This document shows, piece after piece, positions 13,163-27,400 of a DNA stretch of 64,000 nucleotides. A program made the translations under genes and the position numbers. A model generated the notes under the pieces. It saw nothing but the letters and a program-made list of their open reading frames with translations, did not search any database and was not told the origin of the DNA. The stretch lies in contig NW_025767479.1 in NCBI RefSeq assembly GCF_003918875.1, positions 1,736,001 to 1,800,000 on the forward strand, given 5' to 3'. The first letter of the stretch is position 1, and each line of letters opens with the position of its first letter. Origin of the DNA: Haliotis rubra (taxonomy: Eukaryota).

Positions 13163-13892
13163 CTTGAATTAGTTTGAAGAAAGATGTTTCACGATGTAAA
13201 AACACCTGTCTCTACACCCGATGATGAGACACTCTTCACAACAAAATCTCTTTATGTGTTTAACATCCCAGTATAAGATCTAATTATAGAGAACGTCAAA
13301 GGAATAGGGATGTACAGGCCAGTGTGATGGTCTTCTCTAGCGCCTTTAGTACTGAGATGACGTTTAAGAATAACCGATGGCGCGTTTCATTGATGTGTCA
13401 TTGCCAATCCGGAGAAAAAACCCTCCTGATTGACAGATGTTGATTGTTATCTTATACAGAGCAGGTAACAGGATTGAGTATCAATTATAATTGTGTTCAA
13501 TATGAAATGGTTTCTATAAAATAAAGTGCGATTTAGGCACAGTAAGATAGCTCTTTTGTGAGTGTATTCTTGCAGTGGTGAAGGATATGTGCGGATCTCT
13601 ATTCAAGTGTTGACAGAGAAGGCCAAAGCGGCACACCCCCCTTACAATTAGACGGCAGTGCTCTAGTTGAGTGTTCTGATTCAGTTTCACTATTTTGACA
13701 AGCCCTAAAGTGGCAGGTCTGATATTATATAACCGTTTTGAAAACATTTTCTTATCCTAGATATACTCTCATACAGTATTTACACTGTTTTTTTACACAG
13801 ATGGTGAAATGAGTTAAGGAAAACTGTTTTTTTTATCAATGAACAGTGTATGGTGTGTCAGGTAAACACTTATTAGATCCAAAGAATACTCA

Positions 13893-14050
13893 TTAAAATT
13901 TCTTTGATTGGCATTCGAGAAGTTGAGAAGATGAAGAATGGGGACAATTGTAATGGATAGACAACTTTTTTATTCTGTATAGGAACGCTTCGACGTAGAT
14001 TCTAATATCGTTGTCAAGCACATTAGAATCTATGTCGAAACGTTGCCTGT
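13893..14050. mobile_element. Penelope-like remnant, same family as 31261-31422
   Basis: Shares attcttcatc..tcaacttct..atgcc.atcaaagaa and cttgacaacga.attagaatcta.gtcgaa.cgtt, the latter in both orientations. Confidence 0.55.
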
Positions 14051-14102
14051 ACAGAATATAGAGGTCCTCATTCCCCATTAAAATTGTTGAATTAAGTGGA
14101 TT

Positions 14103-14365
14103 TAACATATGTTATATTTGGGATTACACTTTCTAAGTAAAGTACAAATTCTAGTACTAGTACAAAGTCGCGGTGGCTGAACAGGTTAGGCGGCTGACTG
14201 TGTGTGCTGGCGATTAGGTGCCTGACTCTGAGGGTGTGGGTTCGAATCCAGGATGGGACTCAACCCCAAAAAGTATTAGAATTTGTACTTTACTAAGAAA
14301 GTGTAATCCCAAATATAACATATGTTACATTTGACCACTTTCTAAATGGCATTGTGTAATCATAG
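14103..14365 (+). mobile_element. tRNA-headed repeat family D preceded by an inverted copy of its own tail
   Basis: A box tggctga..ggttag, B box ggttcgaatcc; 14103-14158 is inverted relative to about 14273-14327; degenerate second copy at 14470-14850. Confidence 0.7.
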
Positions 14366-14861
14366 CTTTCGGCCGTGGGAGCCGTGCCAATTCACACTTA
14401 TCAGAGGGGTACAGAAAGTCCGCAGTCTAGACTACCAGTTGTCCGACTTTCATTCTAGAATTTTGTGGAAGTCGCGGTGGCTGATACAGCACGCTGCATT
14501 ACGTAAAAAGTAATGGAGCGAGCATACAATGGTTAGGGAGCCGAGGCCTCGAGGGGCGAGGAGCTGACTTTGTATTACTTTGGGTGCTGGCGACTTATAA
14601 CGAACTGTGCCTGACTCTGATGGGTGTGGGCTTCAACAAACATTTCCGACTCAAATAACCCGTGGATGGGACTCACTATTTTCCTTTTCGTGTTTTGAAT
14701 TAATGCCAAAATGTACTATTTGAAAGAATTTTGTTGGGGAAACAGGTTTTAATTTTACTAAGCCCCAAAGGTGTAATGAAAACCACTCAAATAATGTTTA
14801 ACATATGTTACATTTGACCACTTTCTACAATGGCATTGTGTAATCATAAGACTGGGCCTTG

Positions 14862-15503
14862 GATGTGTGCGTGCGTGCGTGCGTGCGTTGGTTTGTGTAT
14901 GTGAATGTGTGTGCTTGTGTGTTTGTGTGTGTATGCGTTTGTGTGTATGTTTGGTTTTGCATGTGTGACTGTGTTGGTGGGACATTATTATCAATGTTTT
15001 TATGTAACTGTGATATTTGTGTCTCATAGGCCATAAGCCTGGATGCTGTTTTTTAAATCCCCCGGAATAATGATATGTCTGTAATTGTAATTCAGATTGT
15101 GACACAATAATAAACTATATTTCTTCTTCTTCCCTTCTTCTGTATGCGTGTGTGGCGCTAGTGAGAGTGCCTGCGTGTATGTGTGTGAGTGAGTGTGTGG
15201 TGTTGGTGAAATGTGTGTCTGTATGTATGTGTGTGTATGAGTCTGTATGTGTGCATGTTGCTAGTGACAGTGTTCGTGTGCAGGTGCGTGTGAGTGCATT
15301 TGTGTACATGTGTGTATGTCTGGTGTTAGTGAACATGTGTGCTTGTATGTGGAGTATGCGTGTATGTGTGAATTGTGTATGTGTGAACGGTGATATTGAG
15401 AGGTGTACATGTATGTATGTGTGCGTTTGTGATGGGTTCATGTATGTAGTACGCATGTGTTACATGTTACACGTGTATGTATGTAATGACAGGATGGGTG
15501 TGT
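14862..15503. repeat. Degenerate (TG)n low-complexity tracts
   Basis: TG-rich blocks at 14862-14980 and 15140-15503. Confidence 0.85.
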
Positions 15504-15615
15504 AAGAGTTAAAATGTAAGCTGGTGTAATCAGGAAGAAACTGGTCACAGCGAAGGGCATGCTATGTATGCTGTGTGTAAAACTATGTCTGAACAAGTGG
15601 GATGTGCACTAAGGA

Positions 15616-16538
15616 GATTCTCCCTGATGCTTGGTTCACTGCGGATCCTTGATTCTCCCTGATGCTTGGTTCACTGCGGATCCTAGATTCTCCCCTGATG
15701 CCTGGTTCACTGCGGATCCTAGATTCTCCCTGATGCTTGGTTCACTGCGGATCCTAGATTCTCCCTGATGCTTGGTTCACTGCGGATCCTTGATTCTCCC
15801 CTGATGCTTGGTTCACTGCGGATCCTTGATTCTCCCTGATGCTTGGTTCACTGCGGATCCTTGATTCTCCCTGATGCCTGGTTCACTGCGGATCCTTGAT
15901 TCTCCCTGATGCTTGGTTCACTGCGGATCCTTGATTCTCCCTGATGCTTGGTTCACTGCGGATCCTTGATTCTCCCTGATGCTTGGTTCACTGCGGATCC
16001 TTGATTCTCCCTGATGCCTGGTTCACTGCGGATCCTTGATTCTCCCTGATGCTTGGTTCACTGCGGATCCTTGATTCTCCCTGATGCTTGGTTCACTGCG
16101 GATCCTTGATTCTCCCTGATGCTTGGTTCACTGCGGATCCTTGATTCTCTCCTGATGCTTGGTTCACTGCGGATCCTTTGATTCTCCCCTGATGCTTGGT
16201 TCACTGCGGGTCTTTGATTCTCCCCTGATGCCTGGTTCACTGCGGATCCTAGATTCTCCCTGATGCTTGGTTCACTGCGGATCCTTGATTCTCCCTGATG
16301 CTTGGTTCACTGCGGATCCTTGATTCTCCCTGATGCTTGGTTCACTGCGGATCCTTGATTCTCCCTGATGCTTGGTTCACTGCGGATCCTTGATTCTCCC
16401 TGATGTTTGGTTCACTGCGGATCCTTGATTCTCCCTGATGCTTGGTTCACTGCGGATCCTTGATTCTCCCTGATGCTTGGTTCACTGCGGATCCTAGATT
16501 CTCCATCGTGCTTGGTTCACTGCGGATCCTAGATTCTC
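15616..16538. repeat. Homogeneous 35-bp minisatellite
   Basis: Unit gattctccctgatgcttggttcactgcggatcctt, about 26 copies, no spacers. Confidence 0.97.
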
Positions 16539-16576
16539 CATGGTGCTTATGTGTTTCATTACAGCATTTCGAATCG

Positions 16577-16723
16577 GGTAGCCTAATGGTTAAACTCGTC
16601 ACGCTGAGTACCCGGGTTCTATTCCCCACATGGGTACAATGTGTGAAGCCCTTTTTCTGGTGTCCCCCGCCGTAATATTGCTGGAATATTGCTAAAAGCT
16701 GCGTAAAAAACATACTCACTCAC
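16577..16723 (+). mobile_element. SINE family A
   Basis: Matches consensus. Confidence 0.85.
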
Positions 16724-17043
16724 TCTTTCAAACTTTCGAGCTTTCAAAACGTTTTATGATAGACATGAGTTGAACATTTCAACCATTCAACCACTCAACC
16801 ACTTTTCCACTCACTCAACCTCTGAACCATTCAACCATTCCTCTAACTATTTAAGTGTATTTCTGATTGTGTTATTGTCCTGGGTTATCAAACTCCCTAA
16901 TTGGCAGAGGTCCCTCGCTACAGAAGATACGGACAGGTGCAGGGCAAGACAAAACAAAACCCTGTCAAAATACCAACTCCAAAGCCATTTTATAAAAAGG
17001 TGATAACATATTTATTAACCAAAACAATGACCATGGTATTATT

Positions 17044-20000
17044 CTATAAAACTATATATGAGTTGATCCACTGTATATGTTTAGGGACGTATGCGTAGAT
17101 ACCAGGGTACAGAGCTTGGGCACACCCCTTGCCGGCAGACACTATCCCATACTGCACCCACCTGTCTCCCTCGGCACAGAACAGGGGTCCACCAGAGTCC
17201 CCCTGCATAACATAAAGCGATTCAATAAAAACAGAAAATATTCAGTCTCATATATACACAAAGAACTTAGTTAAGCACCCCTGACATATCTCATGATTGA
17301 ATGAGCCCCGATCTTAACCCTTGGGAGCATATCTGGGACATGATTGGTCGTCCTGTGCAACAAGGGGATCCTCCTGTACAGAACCTTGCCCAGTTGGAAG
17401 CTGTTTTACACGAGGATTGGCGTGGACTGCCCTTCAGAGGATCAGGAGACTGACAGGGGGTATGAAGAGGAGGTGCTGGATGTCATACAGTCACATGGAG
17501 GTTACACTCGGTATTGACCTTGAATCGTGCAAGACACGCAAAATGACATTTTGTTAACGTTCACATTGACCAATAAATTCAACATTAAACATTCCAGACA
17601 TAGTTTTCTATGAAAATCAGTGTTTCTTTAAATAAGCAGTTGTCATCATAAAATAAAATCAACATGGATTCCAATCATTTTGTCGTTTTTTATGAGTCAA
17701 AGGATCATACGTGTCAGAAAAATTCATGTTTTTCCATCATGGTCACCACGAGATGGTTTTAAGTACGTGCTGAAAACCTGTCATTGAAAAAATACAATGT
17801 GTTCTTAATTAAGTTCTTTGTGTATATATACCGAAACAATTCTGTTTGGCATCAAATACAAATAATGATACACAATTCGCGTTATTTGCGAAGAGGTCAT
17901 AATGAGCATGTCACACCGGCTACACATGCCACACACAAGATGTTAATTAACAAAGCAAATATGTTCATATGCTTCTCATTTACGTGAAAATTGTAAATAA
18001 TGTTTACCCCACACGCATCCTTCCCTCCGACGGTATAGTATCCAGCGCATATCTGCCTCTCCGATAGAAGTATGGGTTCATTTGAAAAGGCTTCTCGGCA
18101 AATATTTAGTGGTAATAGAGGGACAGATACTTTCTGAAGAACATCAGGGAAAGGCGATCCTTGTTCTGTGAGTATAATAGAAATTGAATATGGTATGAAC
18201 ACATGAAATGATTTCAACGAAGTCCTGGCGATGTTCAGACAAAGAGGCTTACTGAGAAACTACGATTGGGAACTTGGTACTGATTAAATTTAGTTTTATT
18301 CAAGTCGTATAAATTTAAACACTTATGTTGCTCTTGACCTAGAATGGTATCACATGATTCCAGCATTGAAACTACTGCCACAATCTATACTACTCGGTGA
18401 AGTTACAGAACTTCCAATGTTTATTCGTCATTGCTAACTGTCCTTGTCAACACTCAACATTTCAATTACGGTGTTCTTTAACTTGATTCAAGTAGCATAT
18501 TGACTCAGTATATCTGTAGGTCAATAACTTAAAATGAAATGTAAAACTAAATTATGAAGTCTTCTTTTCATTTGTTTTCGAAACCTACGGGCTTAAAAGT
18601 GAGTGAGTATGTTTTTACGCTGCTTTTAGCAATATTCCAGCAATATCACGGTGGGGGACGCCAGAAATGGGCTTCACACATTGTACCCATTTGGGGAATC
18701 GAACCCGGGTCTTCGGCGTGACGAGCGAACGCTTTAACCACTAGGCTACCCCACCGTCCGGGCTTATAAGTATATGTCTTGAAACCTTTGTGACAGAATT
18801 AATTAAGCATTTTTGGTCATTGATCATAAAAATTTGATTATAATAAGTAGGTACATCTAGTGTTAATGACAATGGAATCACAACGATTTGAGAAGCGTGA
18901 ATACCTGTAACGCTTCCCCATCCTGTGACTATACATTGTGTCCCAGATGTATAAGTAGCAGATGCATCAGGGAGACATATACTTCTGAGGTTGGTGCTGA
19001 TGTTCAGTGGGAGAGTATCACTAAGGGTCACAACAGCAACATCATTGTCATCTACAAACATCAACAGAATCAACGACTACTTTGGTCTCCCGTGTTTAGC
19101 GTTCTTTGGCCAACGGAAACCAGTATGGAATATATGTCATATATGCCTATCACAGTATTGTATATACATCTACATGTTATGAAACTTGTCAAATACAATA
19201 TTCTGCACATACACGCTAAAGTAAAAACATATACACCTCTAAACGTTGAACACAGTTAGAAGGAATAATGTAATTATTAGTGAAGGAATATCTACTTATG
19301 CCTAACTGTTTGTTCTTATATTAGTAAATGTTTCAAATATTTGTGATGAAATACTGATGGAATGGGAAAGAAATAGATCGGAAAATACTGTAATTGATGC
19401 CTTCTCTGATACTGTTGCCATGCATATATGTAGTGCCAGTTATTATTGTTTCGCCTTCTTCTGGGCGTCCTGTTTCAGCTAGTTTGTACACATTTGGGTT
19501 GATGTGTACAATTAAGGAGCAAGTAATATGGAATGAGGTACATTTGTTCAACCTTCAGTTTATATGCACCAAATGGTTGGGACATGTTTTGGCTATATGT
19601 TCCAATCTATTGCACTTAAGAAACACACTCACAGTTGGAGCTGTTATAAGATGGGTGTACTGCAATTTCTTTGGCTTCCACATACGTGAGAGATGATTTG
19701 TTGGCGGAACCGTAGCCTACACTCAAATCCTTTGGACGTGGTATCAAATCACTGTGAAAGCAGAAAATAACATTATTGACATACATTGGGTCAGGAGTTG
19801 AGATGTGTATTCTAAAAGTAAATACATAGTTTACAAGAGCAGCATGTTCACGTGAAGCAATGCCCTTCATTTGGGAAATCAAAAAGGTCGGAGTGGACAC
19901 CTTAACCAAGCTGCTATTGTACGGCCACTCATTTTGACATGAGTTTGATAAATCACACTCTCTATATCTTAGCTCTTTCTATCAATTGATGTCGCATTAA

Positions 20001-22302
20001 TAATTTTAGAGAGTCAGGTTAAACTAGACAGTATACAATAAGCGATGCAGTGATCGTAGTTAGAGAGGAATGCACATGTGTCACAAGGTCAAACTTTCAC
20101 AATCAGATTCACTTTGAGTGATTATTTTACGTCGATGTACTCATGTTGATAATTAGCCACCCCGATGCTAAGACATATGTGTCTAGGCGATGACAGTAAT
20201 TACAACCATTGACATACATATAACACTCTTCGAAACGACATATACTCAACTTACATACTGTAGATACACCCGAAGATCCGGGTTAGAATTGATCTTCAGT
20301 AACCCATGCTTGTAAGAGGCGACTTACAGGATCGAGTCTTCAGGCTCGCTGACTTGGTTACCACACGTCATCATATCCCAATTGCGTAGATCGATGCTCA
20401 TGCTGTTGATCACTGGACTCTATTGTCCACACTCGATTATTTACAGACCGCCGCCATGTAGCTGGAATATTGCTGAGAGCGGCGTTAAACAACAAACAAC
20501 GTACCTGACGCAGTGTGCTGCTGTAAGTATGGAGTTCTTGCTGATAATCGACGCTCCGCAAAGATATTTACTACGTCCTTCTTTCAAAAGATGAACAGTC
20601 CAGGGAAACTCCCCGTCCAAAGCGTCTATACCACCAACTATCTTGACCGTTGGGTATCGAGATGCATTGCCTGTGACCGAACTGAATCCACACGAAGGGG
20701 TTGGGTCTGGAAATAGGAAAATACATATGTGAAGGTAGGGTACTCCGTCAACATTAATTCCCCTTCTGCCCAGACTTTTCTACAATGGTAACGATCTAAA
20801 TGAAGTCTGTATTTCCTCAGATTCTGAATCTCCCATCAAACTAGCGCTCCTTTTCAGTTTAAAGGCGTTATTTGTTTCTATTAAAATAAATATCTTGTTA
20901 TTTCAGCATTCCATAAATGAATGAATGAGCTGGTTTTAACGTCACTTCAACATTACAAATTCTACTATTGAGTTTGCACTGACAAGATAGTCCCACAGAT
21001 TTACCCGACTCGCCATTCATATCTTCCCACGTACCACTGTTCTAAGACGGCCCTTTAAGGTGCGAATGTTCAGGATTCGTGATTGGTTGCAATCAGATTT
21101 AGTTGTACAAACAGCGACGTTGTTTCAAAGGTGATCATTCGCAAAGCCTCGGTGATTTCCGTATGTTTCGGGAGAACTAGAACCTCTTCACCTGCGCGAT
21201 GCGCCAAAGTTTCGTCTAGACAGAACTCAGTCATGTAATGGCGGATCGCTCTCGTTGACTACCGACAAGCTTGCCATTAAATGTTTTGTGTGTCACATTA
21301 ACAAAAACATTTTGTCGATTAATTCCTGCACTCTCTATTGCTAGTTTCTGATTTTCAGTTTATCATGAAATACCGAATCTGTCCTTCGCATGTTGGTCAA
21401 CTTACTCCATGGCGGCCGCCATATTGGATGTAAGTCGATGTAACACGTGTTCTGGTTGGATAGAAAGAAGGGAGATAATTCATGTTGATTTTACGAGAAC
21501 CGGGAAATATGGCCGCATTAAAACAGAGGTGACCTCTGTGGGAAGAGAATGCTGAATCACCTGTGAGCTACCCAATGTGACAGTTTGTCATAAACGTTTG
21601 AAGATGACTACATTTTAATACATATTGATCAAGTCCTACCTGTGCATCGATAGTAAAACAACAGCAGAAAGCAGAGAGGGGAAATGTTGGAACAATTCCG
21701 GAAGTGAAGACACAAGCTGGCCCGTACGTCTTCAGTGGCTAGCAATATATAAACATATATCAACAGTTAATGAAAACTCATGGACGCACGCGAATATGAT
21801 TAAATGGACTATTTATGAGCACCTCATCTATTTCTTACAAGCACACCCTTCATGTACTTGCCAACGATAAAATAAAACATTATTTAAAACTTTTAGTGTG
21901 TGAGAGTGTACAGTTGTAGCAATATTCAGCCGGGGGACACAAGGAATTATCTTCACACAAATGACCCATGCGGTAATCGAACTCGTTGTATTGTTGTTCA
22001 CGCTATCAACCACTGGTTTACCACCTACTTTGAGCATGACCCTTGTGATTGGATACAGTGCTATAATATTACCCATCATCATTATCATCATCATCATGAT
22101 GTCGAGACTCGGATATTTACAGATCCGCGTTTAAAAACTGTATTATTGCCCACAGAGGAGAAAGAAAATCTTTAAACATTTTAATATTGTGTTTATCAAC
22201 CTAAATAATGTACATTGTGAATTCAAATCACTCACCTGTAAACGTGGAGATACACACAAGCGTCAAGACACACCCTGTTATATCATATCTACCAAATGCC
22301 AT
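17044..22302 (-). CDS. SP2: secreted trypsin-like serine protease (S1A) with 4-Cys N-terminal module; 7 exons, intact
   Basis: Exons: 22236-22302 [22 protein letters not shown]; 21640-21738 Cys module; 20505-20706 PSCG..PTVK|IVGG..TAAHC; 19633-19751; 18905-19051 DNDVAVV..GWG; 18008-18165 ..KDACG; 17044-17202 [22 protein letters not shown]. Open frame throughout. Confidence 0.93.
17253..17826 (+). mobile_element. Internally deleted non-autonomous Tc1 element in the last intron of SP2
   Basis: TIRs tatacacaaagaactta(g/a)ttaag at both ends in TA context; inside, frameshifted transposase C-terminus [18 protein letters not shown]. Confidence 0.85.
18599..18758 (-). mobile_element. SINE family A
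   Basis: Reverse complement of the consensus. Confidence 0.9.
20269..20499 (+). mobile_element. SINE-like family B
   Basis: Matches consensus; ends next to an SP2 splice donor. Confidence 0.85.
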
Positions 22303-23117
22303 CTTGAATGCGGTAGAGAGATTACTTCTTTCGTCTGTCCAGAACCAAATCTAGGTGTCTGGTATATTCTGTCGCCTTATAAGTACAATCCTCGTTGCTT
22401 CAAAATATCAGAAGTGCCGATAAGATTCCCGATGATGGTTAGATGTAGAATCACCTTATTCGTCAAACCTGTGACAATGGGGAAATCCACACACGCTGTA
22501 CCACCCAAGATACGCCATTGCGGGTTCAACACATACTGGAGTTTTTCAGCAATGATAATATCATTTTGGTCATTGTGTCTATTATCGCTGTGCTTATTCT
22601 ATAAGTGTTGACATATGCATCGTTAGGATGGCAACACCAGACAGTTAGAAGTACTTCCTCCTACAGAAAAGACCTTTTGAACTTGGCTCGTTCTATTTGA
22701 AGACGTGCGATGTGGACGAGGAAGAGATGTCGCTGGTGCATTGTCCAACCCAGTCTTGTAAATATGTTTCTTGTCAAAATCGTGTGTACATATGACCCAT
22801 AGGCCAACACTGCTTGTATCTATGATTAAACATATTATATTTTAAAAGAGGTCGTGTGTGTACGTAACACATCTATGTAAAGAATGACTGAAGATCTATA
22901 TTCTATTTACAACCCTCACAGAAGAAATATCCTAGCAAGATTGACAAAAAAACTTTTCTTTACATTTACTAGTCAAAGATACCTTTCTTCTTATGTAATG
23001 TTCACGTATCTTTGCAAACGCGTCACACTGAAATACTGTGGGAAAGTAAACAACTTTGTATTTAAACAATGACAGAGAACCAGTTTGATTGTTCCTTTGT
23101 GTGTCATAATCAGTCAG

Positions 23118-23477
23118 GGACCGCCTCCGTGGTGTAGTGGTTAGAGCGTCCGCCCGGAGAGCGGAAGGTCGCGGGTTCGATCCCCGACCGCGTCATACCA
23201 AAAGACGTTAAAATATGGTACTTGTTGGTCCCTGCCTGGCGCTCGGCATTAATGGGTACATCAAGGACTGGTCGGCTCGGAGTCAGTATAATGTGTCTGA
23301 GTGGGGTATTCATCCTTCACTGCGGCATGGTATCTCAGTGAGCTAGCACTATAAAACCAGCTTCAGTCTGGGCTAGTACAAGCAGCCGCACATACACACG
23401 CACACACGCATGCACGTTGTCATATGAGCGAAATATTCTCAAGCACAACGTTAAACCCAATTTCACCTCACCTCACC
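23118..23477 (+). mobile_element. SINE family C, full length, 14-bp TSD
   Basis: A/B boxes, (cctca)n tail, TSD tcataatcagtcag at 23104-23117 and 23478-23491. Confidence 0.9.
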
Positions 23478-24453
23478 TCATAATCAGTCAGCACTCGGGA
23501 TCTTGATTTGGAGCGCCGTAAACAACATTTCATAGGTTAAAGGAATTTGAGCGTTATGTGAAAGGAAAATTCAAACCCGGCCTTTTGTCATGACGGGTGA
23601 ACAAGGCTATTCCATCGCCCTTATCATAAGAGAAGTCACGCAGGCCATCAATGTGTAGTGTTAACTGGAAGGGTTTTTCATTGTGTAACAGATATATACT
23701 ATATAGGTGCGCGCGTGTGTGTATGCGTGTCCGTGTGTGTGCGCTATTTGGATAGATTAGGTACATAAGGTGAACTAACTCATGCCTTTCATCTGACATT
23801 ACATTGAGTCTCAAGAAGATCAGGATTTGTGTGGTGATCATTCTTACCCTGGATTCTATACCTACGCCTATTTTGGAAATGTGATCATTGTTGCAGTAAG
23901 GTGAATTCTTCACATATACCACACCTCTGTCTTTACTACTAATGTACTGCACTTGTACTGCCTTTGTAGTACGTTGTATTAATTTGTAAATTTAGTAAAT
24001 CTGACAATACAATTGTTATTTTTATCACATAACTTTGTTGTTAGATGGTTTTAAGCAGATATATTTTGTGAGATGAATTTCCGGTTAACTACTGCAACTT
24101 GGAAATCAACATGTAACAGTAGATACACACAGCATCAAAATTATAATGAAACTGCCACTAAAACCCTCTATCCGCAGATCCTTATGCAAGTAACAAATTA
24201 CTTGGATCGCCATACCCCAACTTGTATCTACAATCTACAGACAATGCATCATTCAAGTGTATTTATTTAACATATTCCATCTTAAATAATACATAACCGT
24301 TTAGTTACCTTAACAAGTCATGAGGATACATAACCATGATATCTAAATGCGTCACATCAGTAATATTGATGTACATTATTCAGATGTGTTCAGTGTGCGT
24401 TTACAGCCAATGTTAACACATCCTGACGGTCGAGCTGGTGTTCCTCCCATTAG

Positions 24454-27400
24454 TTAGGTTATCTGCGACATTATCCAGTCAACATATTGCGGGACGTTGG
24501 TATAAACTCCTGGAGACTGAGCTCGGCCACAACCATTTCCTCTGGATACCACACCGTATAAAACCCATTTGTCCCCATCAGGACACATCAGTGGACCTCC
24601 GGAATCTCCCTGAAACAAACCATTCAATGCATCAGAAGGAGCTTAATCAATATCACAACTTAGTTACCATTCATATTGTCTTTGATTCAGCGAAAAGTCA
24701 TTCTTATGTTAAACTATACGCCAACTATAATCATAAACGTTTCATGACTGCGTGTAGGCTTTCGTTGTGCAAGTTGTCGTGAAATATCGGGATAGAACAA
24801 AAGCAAAATTTCATCATTTGATACCTGTTCAATTTTTGAAAAAATTACCAAACGGTTTTCCCTTGAAGAAAGTCCAAAGATCCAAAGGTCAAGAAAGTCA
24901 GACAATCTTTCAAATTCTAGATGATGGGTATGAATTGACATTACTTATAGCAGACTGTCCAAGACACGATATCATTGTCCACGCACCGAACAGGCATCAA
25001 TTCCTCCAGTGCCAAAATACCCGGCACACAGCTGTCTGTCCGAGACAAGTACGAATGAATTGTCTGCATAGGATCTTTGACAGGAGTTCAGGGGGACCAA
25101 TGGCACAGCTGCCTTTTGAAGACTATCAGGGAAGCTATTACCGGTTTCTGAAAAGAACAAGGAAGAACTGACTCACTGGACGACACATGATGGCATTTAT
25201 TTGTAATGCATGTTAGCATTTCATAGAAAAATGTGTGTTTCCTGCTTGAGAGACGTTATGAGAAGCAGTTATTTGGTGAAGTCGTCATGCGAATAGTATT
25301 GGATTAATTTGCAATAGATATCGCCCATTTTCATCAGATGTTAATAAAAGAACAAAGTTCCATAAAAGTTATTCTTAGCTTCAGTCGGAAATATACCGGC
25401 TTCAATTTCAGAAGTGGAATGGTATTTATTGCTATATGATTCTATAATTCAGTTTTGTATATTTCGTAAGAATGTCCGTCATTGACCACAAAACAAAACT
25501 GCGATACAGCAGGCAGTTGGTGAAAAAGTAAGAGACTGTTTAGCTGAAATATAATCACTGAAATGAAACTTAAGATATAGATTATAAATATCTGCTTGAC
25601 CTATTTATGCCTTCGAACGACTTCACTGGTGATGACGTGATTCCTGAAATGTGGGGTTGAAAATGTGAATAAGACTCTCAAATGATTGAGCCGTGACTAT
25701 TTAATGGAATGCTTACCATTTAGAATTCCCCATCCCGTGATAATACATCTACGGTTGCTGTTATAAGATGTCCCAGCTTCGGGTAGACATATACTTCTTA
25801 GACCGGTGTTGACACTCAGAGGCAAGGGCTTCATTAAGAATTACAACAGCGATGTCATTGTCCCCTAGAGAATGGAAACATTAGCATAACGACTTGAGTG
25901 AATGCTGTTTTACGTTATCGGCAATGTTCCAGATATGTTTCGGCGATAAATTATGTTCATGTTTTGTGTAGGATTCTGCTGATGCATATTGGATAAGCAA
26001 TCGCCAACGTCCTCAAGTGCGATACCACTCAACCAACAACATCACCAAGACCGATCACCCGATCCAGTTCTTGTATAGCAGATAGCGGTGGGTACGTGGT
26101 TTAAACCAGACTAGGAAAACGACAAAACCCATTTTATTACTCCCGTCAAACAACCAGTATACCCACGTTTCCAGCTTCCTGGCTAGAATGCAACCTATAG
26201 GTGCTAATAGGTTACATTGTCATCTCATTCTATTCGCATCACAGCGTGATCAAAGTTTCTTGCCTTAAGTGATACTACTTGTGATACATAAACTCTAGTG
26301 TTTAGACGCTCTACCTTTCAGGCGTCAAGCTGTTGGTGATGGTTACCCATCCAACTTAAATCTGGGATCATTGTTGCTTAACTTCAGTGGAGTTATGCCT
26401 TGTGTGATCATGACGCTGTGCCATCTTTGGTAGAACAACAGGACCAGAGTGTAATATGTCTGGAAAGTCTGTTTGATTTTTGGTTGACGCCGCACTCAGC
26501 AATATTCCAGCTATTTGGAGCCGGTCTGTAATCAATCGAGTCAGTTCCATGTGTTTGTGAAAAGAGCCTTCTATCTCTTTGGGTCGTCTCATAACAGGTC
26601 TTATCTAATCGTGGCAATAAATCATAGCTTGCTGGTCATATTGTCAACAAATTGTCTTACCAAGATATAGATTTCCAACTAGTAGTATACTCAGTTGTGC
26701 ATTGCTAGTATTGTAATTTTCAGTGTAACTGTTTCGATAACATGCCACCATTATGAATTACCGTACCATTTCTATCATTATAATCTGGATGGATGATGAT
26801 CCGACTGGCCCGGACACGGACGAGGTTGGATCGTCTTGTAGATCCATATCCAACTGACAAGGAGTTTGGGCGTCTGACAACAGATCTGTGGTAACAAGCG
26901 TTCTCTTTACAGTGAAAATAGTTACGGTTGTATAAACTTTGATTACGTATAACAGCATTCGCATTTACGTTCACAGTTATATTAATAAACGTTGTGTTAT
27001 GCATGACGCAGTCACTTCAACAAATGAAAGAAACGAAACCGTTTCTATAATCGTAATTAGACATTTGTGCTAGAAGCAGATTTCCAATAAGTCCTTATTA
27101 TCAGCTTGTATTTATATACAAACATTAAAGATGATAATGACATGTGATTGCGAATGGTGATGAAACCCCCGCCCACCATTGACACCGAGAAACCTAAAGT
27201 GCGTATAGCTGTACCATAGACAGCCATGTATGGAACAGAAATAGAATTTAACGTTCGGTGTAATTCACAGTTGAGGGCGGTTGGAAGATGAATGGTGTAC
27301 GACAAACATATGTACACATAGGCGGATGCAGAGGGGGGTGCAGGGGTACGCACCCCCACCTTTTTGTTCTGAAAGTATGTTAACTGGCCATTGAAACTCG

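Noticed and set aside
15616-16538. 35-bp repeats resembling a CRISPR array (also the 34-bp hairpin array at 122-1275)
   Set aside because: Head-to-tail units with no unique spacers, no cas genes and a eukaryotic context.
20991-21543. Possible DNA transposon with tcccacaga/tctgtggga ends
   Set aside because: Only a 9-bp inverted match and no TSD; insufficient support.
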